A stretch of 64,000 nucleotides of DNA, from positions 8,494,001-8,558,000 of the forward strand of contig OZ176050.1 in the NCBI GenBank assembly GCA_964247055.1, given 5' to 3'. The notes under the pieces are model-generated. The model did no database searches, had not been told where the DNA came from, and saw only the letters and a list, made by a program, of their open reading frames with translations. This document shows, piece by piece, positions 52,137 to 64,000 of this stretch. Source of the stretch: Paragordius varius. Lineage: Eukaryota; Animalia; Nematomorpha. The position numbers and the translations under genes are program-made. Position 1 is the first letter of the stretch. Each line of letters starts with the position of its first letter.

Positions 52137-52628
52137 TTATCCGAATCAGGGTTGCTAAAAGGGACCCGACTATTGGCCACGTATTCACATAAAACATTCC
52201 ACTTCTGCATGGCTATGATTAACCAATTCTCTCAAAGCCAACATACAATTTTAATAATATATAACTTTTCAATATAGTGGCACTTTCTAAACAAACACAT
52301 ACCTTTCCCCATCAAACTTAATATTTTTTAAACTACCTCAACACTTGATAGATACTAAAATTATAATATAATTTTAAGCATTATAAACATTTGAATTGTA
52401 AATGAGTCCCTTTTCTTTATTTAAAATTGATTTTTTTGGTTTTCGTATTTTATATAAATAAAGAAACGCTTTTTTGAGCAAAAATTTTATACTCTTTTTA
52501 GTATTAGCTTTTGTTTGATTTAAGAAATGTTAAATTAAATAATGTTGATTATTGAAAAATTGTTGATTTGATTGATGAGATTTAAACGAAAAATGGATAA
52601 CTAAAAGCACAGTTGTATTTATTCACAC

Positions 52629-55600
52629 ATGCTGCCCATATTAGTACTCGTTTTAAAATCAATTTTTGCCGAAGAAATCAATTTTAATGACTTAACTTCT
52701 TATGATTCAGTTAAAAAAGTATCTTTATCACTAAAGTTTAGATAAATATCGAAAATAGTTTTATTAAAGAACCAGATGTAAACGCACTTGGGAATTACGG
52801 CGAACAAATTTGTCAAAATACGTTTCGTCAAATTGCAAACGAACTTTTAAAAGGGTTCAAAGTTTAAATTTTATTTAAAATATAGAATGATTCAAATAGA
52901 ATATATTTGAATTTGAGTTATGTGGTCCAGCCTTCGACAATTAGCATTTTGCATAAATTTCTAGGTTCTTCTCCAACTTTGAATGAATGGAATCAATCTG
53001 CAATACCCTTAAATTATTCTACAAAGGATAATGCAAATATTTTATTTGAAATATCAGAATTTCTACTTTCTATCATTAAAACTTCTGTGATTTCTTCAAA
53101 TCAATCTGTCAGGACGCCAACCTCTCCAATCTCTAACAAATGGTTGAGTCATTCTATTTTAGCAAATTTGGGATTTTCGATTGAAATTTTGCTATTAGTA
53201 AGTCTCAATTTTTAGAAGTTTTTTTTAATGCGTTTGTGAGTTGTTTTTTATTTAACATTATCAAAATTGCAATTTTAACTTTTATGCAAGCTACCTTTCT
53301 AAATCCATGCTAAATTTTCTAAAAATTTTCAGCGAATTAGCTATTTTATATATAAAATTACATAACCTTTGTGATATTGTTTTATATTTTATAAACAGAT
53401 ATTATTTGTCATAATCATTATCCTACAATGTTTTTTGGTTGTCCGAAATTGGAGTTTATCAATACTCCGAATTTTCCAAATTTTTTTGGCCATTTCAATA
53501 TTTGTCAGCATTCCTTGGAATTGGATTTTACTTTATCAGGTGATCTACCGTGAGTGTATAATTTTGCGTATTTTTAATTTTTTAGCAAGCAAGATAAATA
53601 TTTTATGTTTATTTTTTTCATTTATTTAAAAAATATAAAATATTATTGGTAATATTAATTTTTAGTTTAATGTATGTATGAGCAATTTTAAATTAGATGT
53701 TTAACTTTGATAAATCTTTGCGACTTTTTGACTGATTGTAAACTATACATATTACTTTTATTAAAGATATGTAATTGCTTTTCTTTTTTTGAAGGAAACG
53801 CTCATAAATAATCAGCACTTACTGGATGAGATACAAAATACTGATGCACTCGAGTGTAAATTTAAAGACAAATGGTTCCTAAATCTTTTTGATTTGTCTT
53901 TTTTGAAGCCAAAAATCATTAAAAGTCAATCTCAACTTTGTTTGGATAGAAAGCGTGCCGCATACATTCACCCAATATTAACCTTAAATCCCATTAAAGT
54001 TTAAAAGTTTTTTTTATATACATGTGTTTTTTAGGGTAAAAATTATATTTTTAAACAGTTTTCTGTGAGATTAATTTGCATAAAAATTAATTTTCAAAAC
54101 TGACTTTCCCGAGAACTATCAATAAGAAAAACTTTCTTTTACAAATTTTCGACAGTCTTAAATGTTTTTTCGATTTGCAATTTTTTTTGATTTATAAATC
54201 GTACAATAATTTTTTGATTATAAAATTGTTTTTTGTTTGTAACTGGTTTTTATTCGTTTTAAATATAACTTTTTTTGACTAATATTTTTGGGAACAATCC
54301 GAAAAGATTTTCCAGTCCTTCCCGAAATAATATATAAATAGATGCATTTTTTTCGTTTTTATTACACCATATTGTATTCATTAGTATTATTGTACCAATA
54401 GTTCTTTATTATTAATAAATTTTACTTCTTTACAAACGTTGATGCATGGTTTAATTTTTACAATTTTTTCTTTTCATACGACACTGTCTGTATTTTATAT
54501 AGTTTTTTTTATTTGTAAATATATTTTATATCAGGTTTTGATCATAACCCTGACTAGAACATTCATCGAACCCCTAAATCACATAGGAGGGGCCATCAAT
54601 TCCCTTTTCCGTCATCTGTTTGAGGAATTACCGCTTTTGCACACTTTCATTGTTACCGCTGTGTTTTGCCTGTTTGTGTTCATTTGTCTTATATTTATTT
54701 TTAGGTTGGTGGTTCTTATTTAGATTTATTATACATGTATTTAAAATTTGGTTTAAAAATATGATTTTATGCTATTTTTACGTGGAGTGGGCGCCTTCTG
54801 AAATGACCATCCCTCAGAATGAGCTAAATTAAATAAAATACACCAATAATTAATTAAGTGATCATCCTGCACTTTTCCGATTTTGAAATAAGGTCCTAGT
54901 TTTTCAATTCATAACCATTTACGTTGAATATACCATTTGCACTTCAAGAGTGTCGAACACTTCAAGTTGGTCCTTAAACATTTCAAGTTGGTCCTTAAAC
55001 AATTCAAGTTGGTCCTTGAACACTTCAAGTTGGTCCTTTGACTTTATTCTTTTGTTTTTAACTTTTATCAATCAAATCCTAAATAATTCATCTATTTTTT
55101 TGTTTTTAACCTATTTTCTATTATTTAACATAAATTTTAAATCAATATCAACTTTTAATCTTTGATAAACCGTATATCTTTAATAATTTCTTAAAATAAT
55201 TTTGAATATTTATAAGATTTTAACACGAACTGAAAAAATATATAAGTTTTCTGGGTTATTGATTAAAATTTATCAATAAAAACATTAAAAGTCAATTTTT
55301 TTCAATTGACAAAAAATAGTTTGGAACAAAAAAGTGGTTTTTAAATAAAAATTTTTATTTTTAAATGAATAAATTTATAATAAATAAAGAAAATTAGGTT
55401 AATAAATAATAAAATAAAAAAACCAACTTGAAGTGTTCAAGGACCAACTTGAAATGTTCAAGGTCCAACTTGAATTGTTCAAGGACCAGCTTAACTGTTC
55501 AAGGACCAACTTGAACTGTTCAAGGACCAACATGAATTGTTCAAGGACCAACTTGAAGTGTTCAAGGACACTCATGAAGTGCAAATGGTATACATTTAAG

Positions 55601-57582
55601 GTGGGAAGTTTTGGGCTTTCATATTGAGAGCAAAAAATACTTAAAAATATGCATAATTAATCAATGAGGTATGATGGTATAAAAGGTTGGGCGCTGTACT
55701 CTTACACTGCGTGACAAAATTCAAACTCCGAAACTACGGAATTTTTCCATCATCACTGTCAGCCCTGGGCAGGCGAAGCCTTCACATGTCCGGATGCAAT
55801 TTAAGTCCTTACCATTAAAGGAAAAAAGAGACTCTAAACTGTATGTTTTATACACAATTTTCCCAAATTTTTTATATTTTTCTAGATAATTAATTATCTT
55901 ATATTATTATTAAGAAAAACTAATAATTTATTAATTCGATAAAGTGTTTGATTTTACCTTATCATAAAAAAGAATCATAATGCCTATATTGAGGTGTTTT
56001 CCAAACTGGTGGTCATGAGGGGTGTCCACTCTTAAAACGGAAGTTTTCGTTTTCAATAAAATATACGCATTTTTTTCAAAATGGCTAAAATGTGAAAATT
56101 CTAAAACTTTCGAAAATTATCGGTTTAATTTAATGGAATTTTCCATAGCTACATGAATTAAAATTATTTGATAGGTATTAATATCCAATTAATTATATTT
56201 TTATACTTTAATTTATTTTGTTTTTGACTACCATATGTAAATTTCCGTCTATTTTTATTTTTTTAGAGCGAAATATTTTAATTTAAATTATTCTTGAATA
56301 TATGTATTTCACTACTTTTGATTTAAAACTGACCGGATTTCCACACTGATTTTAATTGAATATTTTTGTTTATCTTTTTAAAAAAAATATTTTTATTAAC
56401 AGTGAATACCAATAAACAGTAATCAGTAAACTATTAATACTATTGGGACAAATAAGGCATTTATTCCTAGGATTAAGATATGAGAGCCATAAATGAAAAA
56501 CAGTAGAATATGTTATTTTATATTCATATTAATTCCTATCCAATAGTTTCAAATCATGCAGTGTATAGCTCATTTATGTACATATCTTATGGAATTCTAT
56601 TTTATGCCCTTCTAAAATGTTAATATTCAAGAACCATGACTTAAGTTTTTTTGTAAAAGTTATTAGTATTATATATGATACGCACTTTGTTTTAAGCCTG
56701 AAACTTTGGCACATATACTTGTAAAATTGAAAAGGATACTACAATGTATCGAAAATATTGGCTTATATTGTATTACTATAGTGAAATTATTTTTATTTAT
56801 TTTTTATAATGATTTAAGTATCTTTTCTTTTTTACAAACAAAGATATACAATTCGATTTCCTTGGTTCTTTTCTACCATAGAACCGAGCTCCAATTTAAA
56901 ACTACCCCAAACTCAAAAAGGTGCAATAGGTGATAATTATCAACAGCTTATGGAAACGCCTGATAATAAATTGCAATTCAGGACGACTAATTATTTTGAA
57001 AGAACCTTACAAAGTAATAAAATTGGTAAAAATTGTTTTATTGGATTATGATTCTGATTCTAAAAAATAATATTTTTGCAATATTAAACAGCCAACACCC
57101 CTCTTAAAATTAAATTTTTATACTCTCTTTTGGTAATTTTTGGATCTTAATATTAAATTCCATGCAATTTATTTAATTTGTAACTAAAAATTATGACCAT
57201 ATTTTGAAAATATAAACATTACCACTCGTTTATAAATGCATTTTATTTGAAAATATGAGGGGTCTACTGTATGTTAATTAATATTTTAAAAATATATTTA
57301 GATAATGTTGGTCCAATACAATCTTTGACACAATTACATGGTAATATGATTTATTTTTTATCATTTATCTCATTTTTTATATTATGAAAAATTCAAATAT
57401 TTTTTAAAAACAAAATAAATTATATGTTGTTTAGAAAACACCCCACCTCAAACACCTGCTCGTCAAATCTGTAGTGATGGAACTTTGTATCATAAAAAAA
57501 TTCAAACTATGCAAAATAAGGTATAAATATATATTTTTAATATATTGCAGATGAATTCTTTAGAAGACCAGCTAAGTTTTGA
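52629..57582 (+). CDS. CLCC1: Chloride channel CLIC-like protein 1 (CLCC1/MCLC family), ER membrane protein, 9-exon model
   Basis: Exons 52629-52718, 52742-52861, 52886-53197, 53399-53539, 53795-53998, 54535-54704, 56844-57025, 57302-57340, 57551-57582, all GT-AG and in phase. Signal peptide MLPILVLVLKSIFA. Family motifs SIPWNWILLYQ (cf. SLGWNWMYLY), HPILTLNPIK/VLIITLTRTFIEPLNHIG (cf. [28 protein letters not shown]), FEELP. Last two exons uncertain. Confidence 0.85.
52719..52885 (+). other. Two micro-introns in CLCC1 (23 and 24 nt)
   Basis: 52719-52741 GTATCTTTATCACTAAAGTTTAG; 52862-52885 GTTTAAATTTTATTTAAAATATAG. Both contain or cause stops if retained; removal gives one open frame from the signal peptide into the conserved region. 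Confidence 0.8.
54931..55590. mobile_element. Foldback element with 21-bp tandem arrays in CLCC1 intron 6
   Basis: TACCATTTGCACTTCA..TGAAGTGCAAATGGTA with TA flanks; unit TTCAAGTTGGTCCTTGAACA(C/A), ~4 units left and ~7 right. Confidence 0.88.
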
Positions 57583-60377
57583 AAGAAAACGGAACCAAAT
57601 TAGAGAAAAAGTTTTTCGGTAAATATTTTTTGTTTTTTATTAATAGAAGGGATAATCTGAATATTAACAAAATATTTCTTAAATTTATTAATTTAACCAT
57701 TAACAATTTATTTTATTATAGGACAAGCATTAAATGGAATCGACATAATTTGGATAACTTTGAAAAAGTAAATTATTTTTTATTATTTTTATTTAATTTT
57801 TTGCGTTTTTCTTTAATTTTCAATAATAATATATTATATCTAAAATCAAATTTTTTAATCATTTTGTTTGTTATTTATTTTTAGATAACTCCCAAAAAAT
57901 ATAGAATATCAGAGTCGAACGAAAATTTTATTGAAAAAACATCTGATCGCGTTAATTATAATCCCACAGATAAAAATTTAAGAAAACGTACAAGTACATC
58001 TTTAAGTCATCTGATTGAATAGTTTTACAATATGGATATTTTTATTTATTTGTTATATAAAATAAAATAAATTTATTTTTATATAAATATAATATGTGAA
58101 CTATGGCATGAATGTTCTAAAAGGCATTATCATCCTCGAACTAGGTAAATATCTGGTAAAATATTTTATGACCGTTATCATCATATACTAAACGAGTATA
58201 AAAAATGTAGCTTTTAAAAAGATAAAAATACATTTTAGCAAAACAATTTTTTAGGAAGTCTGATAAAATTCAAGGCTGGCCTTTATGGAGTTCATAATCT
58301 TTTGTCTTAAAATTATTTAAGGTTTCTGTCGATTGCCTTTTTTTACTATTAGAAACATTAAATATTTTTAATTAATGTATTACATTAGATTAAATAGGAA
58401 TGAATTCTATTCTATATCTTCCGTTTTAATAATATCATATAACACTAGGTGAACGATAAAATTAGAGATAATTTATGAATGAAATTTTATAATAAGCATT
58501 TTTAACGAATTAAACTCTCCGAATTCGATTGGTCTTTTGTTATAAAGTCGTTATTGACCAAAAACGCTCTGTAAATATTTCCAAAATAAAAACTCGCCAT
58601 TTGCCCCAACATTGTCTACTTATGGAGAAATAAATTGTTTCAAACTAAAAGTCTTAATGTATGTTGGCTTTGATCATAATATATTTGTACTGGCTTCCAA
58701 AAATCCAGCTTTAAGAAATTTTCATACGCTCCTGTCTATAAATAAATGCTACTGCCGCTATTGCGTAATATAAATTATAAATATATGCTAAATTTTGCGA
58801 TTAAAAAACGCATAAATAGCATATTAAAAATTTGGCAAATAAAATGGTATTTATGGTATATTTCATAGTTTTGGAAATTAACTTCTGGACATAAAAAACC
58901 TTTAATTTTGATAGCGCTGATATATGGAACATAAAATAAGCTTAAACTAAAAATGTTTGATATCGACGGCAAAAAATTTGCACATTACTAATAAATATGA
59001 ATTCTATTTAATCTTACTGAAATTGCTATCCAGAAGTAAAAAATTATTCCAAATTAACAAACTGGCAATAATTGGCTCAAGAAAAAAAAATTTTGTTCGT
59101 AATTTTTATAGTTATGTTATTATAAAAATAAAATTTTTAATCGGGCAGGTTTTTCGGAATTCTAGAAAAGCAATGATGCTCGTGAAAATAAACAGACGCA
59201 AAAAGCTCAGACATAATCGATAAAGTCCGATTTATTTCTCCAAACACTAATAGAAATTACTGAAAATAAATAAGAATAAAGGAAACTTCCATAACTTAGA
59301 ATGCGCCCTGGTTATTTTTTTGGTCAACAATGCCGCCCGCTAAATTAATTATCAGGATTCTTACGCTGCGTTTGTTCTTGGGTTTGACGAGTCAATTAGG
59401 AACAATATGTACACCTATAGTCTAATTGCTCCATATAGCGATGTTAACTAAAAGTTTTTGGGTGAGAGCTAAAAGCTTTAGTATACCGATAAAATATTTT
59501 ACAAATTATTTTAACAGCAAAACCAAATTTAGATTTTTATTTTCCGATGCGGGCTTTAAAATTTCTAAGAGACTCTCAGAAACAAGCGAGTTTTTTTAAT
59601 TAACACAAAAAGCCAAGATTTTGCGATACATATTTTTAATATATAGCTTATGACATGAAAAAAATTATTTTGGAAAATAGGCATACTTTGTTAAAAAATA
59701 ATTTTGGGAAAAATATTGTTGACGGTATTTAGCACGGTAAAAACAATAGAATAATCTTTAATAATTTATGACTTTTTATTTTTTGCCAGTGATGACATAA
59801 TAGAGTAATTTGATATCCCTGAGCTGATCTTTTAAATAAACTACAATTTTGAAATTATTTTAGTTAAAATTTAATTATCAAACATTTCTTTCTTTTAATA
59901 AACGTATTTTTCCAGTTGTCAAACTTCTGGAGTCTAAAATCAGCTGCCAAAACACATTTAACTGAACAGATTTGAAATAATAATCAAGTGCTGATAAAAA
60001 ATAGTCTGAAAGCTTTTTTTAAACATTTTCTAACCATAATATACAATTATTTGCGTGTTTCATTAGCGATTTCCATTCATAAAAATGCCGGCATATTTTG
60101 ATGAGGATTATTTACAATTTATTTTTTTATATTTTGTATTATGGTACATTGATGCCTTATATAGGTGGGGTCACGTATTAACCCCTGATCTAGTGTATAA
60201 TCATAAATTTCTTTATGGCGTAACGTCGGCATTTTTCCTTTGAAAACCCAGCCCTAGAGGGTCCAAAAATTTGAGATTTTCGAAACCAACTTTTAAAAAT
60301 CAATATTTAACACTTCATTCTTTTTGAGTAATCTTATATTTCAGAGCGATTTGAATTTTAAATATCTTAAAAACTAA

Positions 60378-61960
60378 CACTTGAATACAACACATTCATT
60401 TCAGTCCTTCAATTTGATAGCTCCCCAGGGTTGTTTAAAATTAAATATTTCAAAAAATATGGAATAAATTCCCTTGGCAGTTTGCAGTTCTATAGCATTT
60501 ATAAACCTATATATAAAAAAATTCATTCAAAATACTTGATATTACTTATTCAGAGGTAAAACCGAAAGGTAAAAATTTAGTGAACGTGACATGTGTACAA
60601 TGGTAAAACTAGAAAATAATATAAAATAAACCGCTTATTCTATTTCTATCAAGATGTAATTACTAAAAAATTAGCCTTAATTTAGCCCTTAACACTTCGA
60701 TTCAAATTGGGGTATCTAAATACCCCAGACTAAATTTGAGTTAGGATTTTCAAAAAACTACTGAAGGAAACGGTCCCATTTTAAATTTATGCATCAATCC
60801 TAATAAAAATTATATAAATATGCCAAAATATCTAAATTAAATTTTGTTTTGAAAAAAAACTTCCATGTCAAACTACTTCGACGCCATTTATTTTATTACA
60901 TTTTTGCAAAATATCGTCTTCATTTAATTTTAAGGGTAAAATTAAAGTTAATTTTTCAATTAAATTACATCTAACATTGATAGAAATAGAAAAAGCTGTT
61001 TATTTTGTATTATTATTCAATTTTATTATTGCACGCATGTTACGTTGACTAAATTTTTACCTTTCGGTTTTAGCTTAAAATAGGTAATATCAAGTATTTT
61101 TGAATAAAAATTTTTATATATTTCGGTTTATTAATGTTAAGATTTTGCCATGGTTCCGATTTTTATATTTTTTAAAGAATTTAATTTAAACTAGCCTGGG
61201 GTATTTAACTACCCCAATTTGAATCGAAGGACTAAAATGAATGTGTTATATCCAAGTGTTACATTTAAATGTGGACGATATTTTTCAAAAATGCTGTTAA
61301 AATAAAAATGGCGTCCAAGTAGTTTGATACGATACTTTTTTCCAAAACTAAATTAATTTAGAGATTTTGGTATTTATATAATTTTTATTATAATAGAAGC
61401 ATAAATTTAAATTAAAACCGCTTTCGGTAGTTTTTTAAAAAGAACTTTAACATTATCTTGGGTATTAGACCCAATTTGAATGTGTTAATGTATTAACACT
61501 TTGATTCGAATTGGGATATCTAAATACCCCAGACTAAATGTAAGTTAGCATTTTTAAAAATTACTAAAGGAAACGGTCAATTTAAATTTATGATTTGTAT
61601 AAATATGCCAAAATATCTTAATAAAATTTTGTTTTAAAAAAAAGTTCCATATGAAACTACTTCTATACCATTCTTATTTTACAAAATTTTTGCGAAATAT
61701 CGTCTTCATTTAATTTAAAGGGTAAAATTAAAGTATTTTTTTATTTAAATTACATCTAACATTGATCAAAATAGAAAAAGCGGTTTATTCTGTATTATTT
61801 TTCAATTTTACCATTGCACACATGTCACGTTGTCCAATTTTCGGTTTTAGTTTAAAATAAGTAATATCAAGTATTTTTAAATAAATTTTTTTATATATTT
61901 CGGTTATCAATCTTATATAAGTGCAAAATATTCCCATGGTTTCGATTCCTTCCATATTTT
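60378..61960. mobile_element. Cluster of three piggyBac-like MITE copies, one nested in another in opposite orientation
   Basis: Minus copy ~60378-61487 is split by plus copy 60693-61258 (TTAA left, TTAC right). A third plus copy starts at 61497 and is truncated near 61960. Confidence 0.75.
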
Positions 61961-62447
61961 GTAAAGTATTAAGGAATATGTTGCATCTATGTGTTAAGCC
62001 GAAATTAAAAATATGCCTTTTTACTCTTTTAGGCGGATTATATTTCTTGAAAAAAATAAAAATTTAAAAACTCATCACAAACTTTTTTGCCGCCGTTTTG
62101 TTTTTTAATGTTTATATGATATACTTTATTAATTTTTTTTAGAATTTAGTGTTAATTCATTTTTTGATATGGAATTAGCACAAACATATCCTAGATGACT
62201 CCTAAAGTGCAACAAATGTACTATGAGAATCCTTACATTTTACTATCAAAGTATATATACTTAATCAGAACATTTTTATTACACCCGATCAGCACGCTGT
62301 TATATTGGCCATATTTCAATTATTGTTTACTACTTTATCTGATATATTGTTCCATATATTCAGTTGTTTTTAGAGAATTTTTTATATAAATTGCATCGAA
62401 ATGCATGTCAAAATACTAACAGACGTTTTTGCTTATGCGTAACTATT

Positions 62448-63513
62448 ATGACACGGCACTCTAAAAATTGTACGTCAAACCCCGTTTACACCTATCACGA
62501 GGCTAAAAAAGATTCTAAAGTCGGAAAATATGGGTCGTTAAATATAAGATATGGAAAAGATGGTATTAAAGATTTTGACTGCTGCTCTATTTCTTTACAG
62601 CCTTGTAAAGATCCTGTTATAACCCCACAAGGATATTTATATGATAAGGCCGTCATACTCGGTAATAAGTTTTTTTATAATTCAGAATATATATTAACAA
62701 AGAAAAAGGAATTAAAGACTAAATTAGATGAATATGAAAAAAATTTAGAAATATGCCTTACAAACAATGACGAATCCTTGAACAATAAAAGGAAAAAATT
62801 TATCGAAAGAGTATTTATAATTTTAATTTTAGGAAAGCGATATCGCAACAGAACGGGAAAATATAATAAGTGATACTAAGGAAATAAAACCGTTATCATC
62901 GCAACATGTTAAAAAGGTAAGCATAGAAAATTTTACTACGACTGGTTCTGTTATCAACAATGAAAACGATGATAAAATTAATTTGCCTAGTTTTTGGATT
63001 CCCACATTAACACCCGATGCCTCAAAAAACGATGAAATTAGTATGTTTTGTATCAAAGCACCTATATTTATATAAGAAAAATAATATATATACGGGTTTT
63101 AAAATGGCTAGAGCCCAGATCATTCTTTAAATTAGAGGTACTCATGAACATAAAGAGCCGAAAAAATATTTATCATGTCTCTCACCATAAATACTGGTAA
63201 AAATTTCGTGGCTGCTTGATATATTTGCAGATATTTGTACTTATACGCAAAATTAGTATATCAAAAAATTTGATCGCGGTTTGAGTACCACCGCTTTAAG
63301 TGTTTTAATCCAAATACTAAAAAATATTTTTTTGTTGAACTGCAGATATTGGTATGAAACGAAAAATTATGGAAAACACCAAAGCACCGTCAATGCAAGT
63401 TTTGTGTCCATTTTCTGGTCGACCGCTTAAATTGAAAGATTTGATTCCCGTCAAATTTAAAAAGATTGCTAAAGACGGTTCTCTACCAAGCGGAACTGAA
63501 TCAAGTTATAAAG
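62448..63513 (+). CDS. NOSIP: Nitric oxide synthase-interacting protein (U-box/RING-like E3), 3' exons not found in window
   Basis: Exons 62448-62661, 62686-62810, 62833-63040, 63346-63513. MTRHSKNCT..VYTYHE..DGIKDFDCCSISLQPCKDPVITPQGYLYDKAVILEYIL; LPSFWIPTLTP; VLCPFSGRPLKLKDLIPVKF. The exon-4 acceptor may lie 3' of 63346. Confidence 0.93.
62662..62832 (+). other. Two micro-introns in NOSIP (24 and 22 nt)
   Basis: 62662-62685 GTAATAAGTTTTTTTATAATTCAG (removal restores ILEYIL); 62811-62832 GTATTTATAATTTTAATTTTAG (removal brings LPSFWIP into frame). Confidence 0.9.
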
Positions 63514-64000
63514 GTAATTTTTATTTTTTTTACTAATAATTAATCATTCATCGCGAATTTACTGTGGATGAATTATTTATATAATACATTTTTTATGTTA
63601 CCAATTTTGCAGCCAATCTATATCCATTACTATAAATATATTATTTGTTTATGCTCTTTTTACCTAATCGCTATTTCATCAATTAATTAGATTTTAGTAG
63701 TTGATGCTGAAACTTTAATGCTGCATGTAAAATTGTGCTGTTAATTTTTTTTAAATATCCTATATACCAAGTTTGTTCCAAAATCGGGGGGTATAAAGAA
63801 TTACCTGAATTAATGTATACATATGATAGGAAAATGAGTTATGATTATCATGGTGCTTTGTTTGGCTCTTACGAGTGATATAAGAAAGTTATTTACTGTG
63901 GTAAGTGTGCCACATCAGAAAATGACAAATGCGCATATTTTTTTAATATTTTTTTTGGTAAAAGCTAAATGCTTCATTCCAAAAAATATTACTCAATATA

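Noticed and set aside
53198-53215. Apparent 18-nt intron GTAAGTCTCAATTTTTAG in CLCC1
   Set aside because: Leads to a stop within a few codons; the same donor joined to 53399 gives the CLCC1-like TM segment in frame.
52900-53220. Minus-strand frame with repeated TGA, suggesting stop-codon reassignment
   Set aside because: It is the antisense shadow of CLCC1 exon 3 and also contains TAA; the identified genes use the standard code.
54705-54723. Apparent 19-nt intron GTTGGTGGTTCTTATTTAG
   Set aside because: The downstream frame stops at 54832; the acceptor at 56843 continues with RYTIRFPWFFSTIEP and a long open exon.
58560-59450. ORF fragments between CLCC1 and NOSIP, including a weak CxxC (RCTYCS)
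   Set aside because: Interrupted by stops and too short to assign.

Overview
AT-rich animal (metazoan) genomic DNA; no prokaryotic features, rRNA, tRNA or CRISPR. Five protein-coding genes can be reconstructed by hand: a GT43 glucuronosyltransferase (B3GAT family, - strand, 3' end outside the window), PSMD4/Rpn10 (-), an Sp6-9-type zinc-finger factor (-), CLCC1 (+) and NOSIP (+, 3' end not found). Most of the rest is nested transposon DNA: two head-to-head Blackjack-type hAT copies, Tc1/IS630 remnants, foldback elements with 20-21 bp subterminal arrays, CACTA-, Harbinger-, piggyBac- and hAT-type MITEs, Helitron-like elements with internal tandem arrays, and a palindromic Penelope-like retroelement. 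The main result is the intron architecture. Eight GT-AG introns are only 22-26 nt. For the six in PSMD4 and NOSIP, removal restores the conserved reading frame and sequence; the two in CLCC1 rest on frame continuity. They are always the first introns of their gene. All other introns are 83 nt to 11.6 kb, and the longest are TE-filled. Second-tier signals are a hammerhead-like motif with a G3-C8 core swap in the Penelope terminus, lying sense within PSMD4 pre-mRNA; a foldback group sharing TACCATTT ends but with different 20/21-bp repeats; and an eh1-like motif in the Sp factor. All analysis was by eye; no database searches were run.
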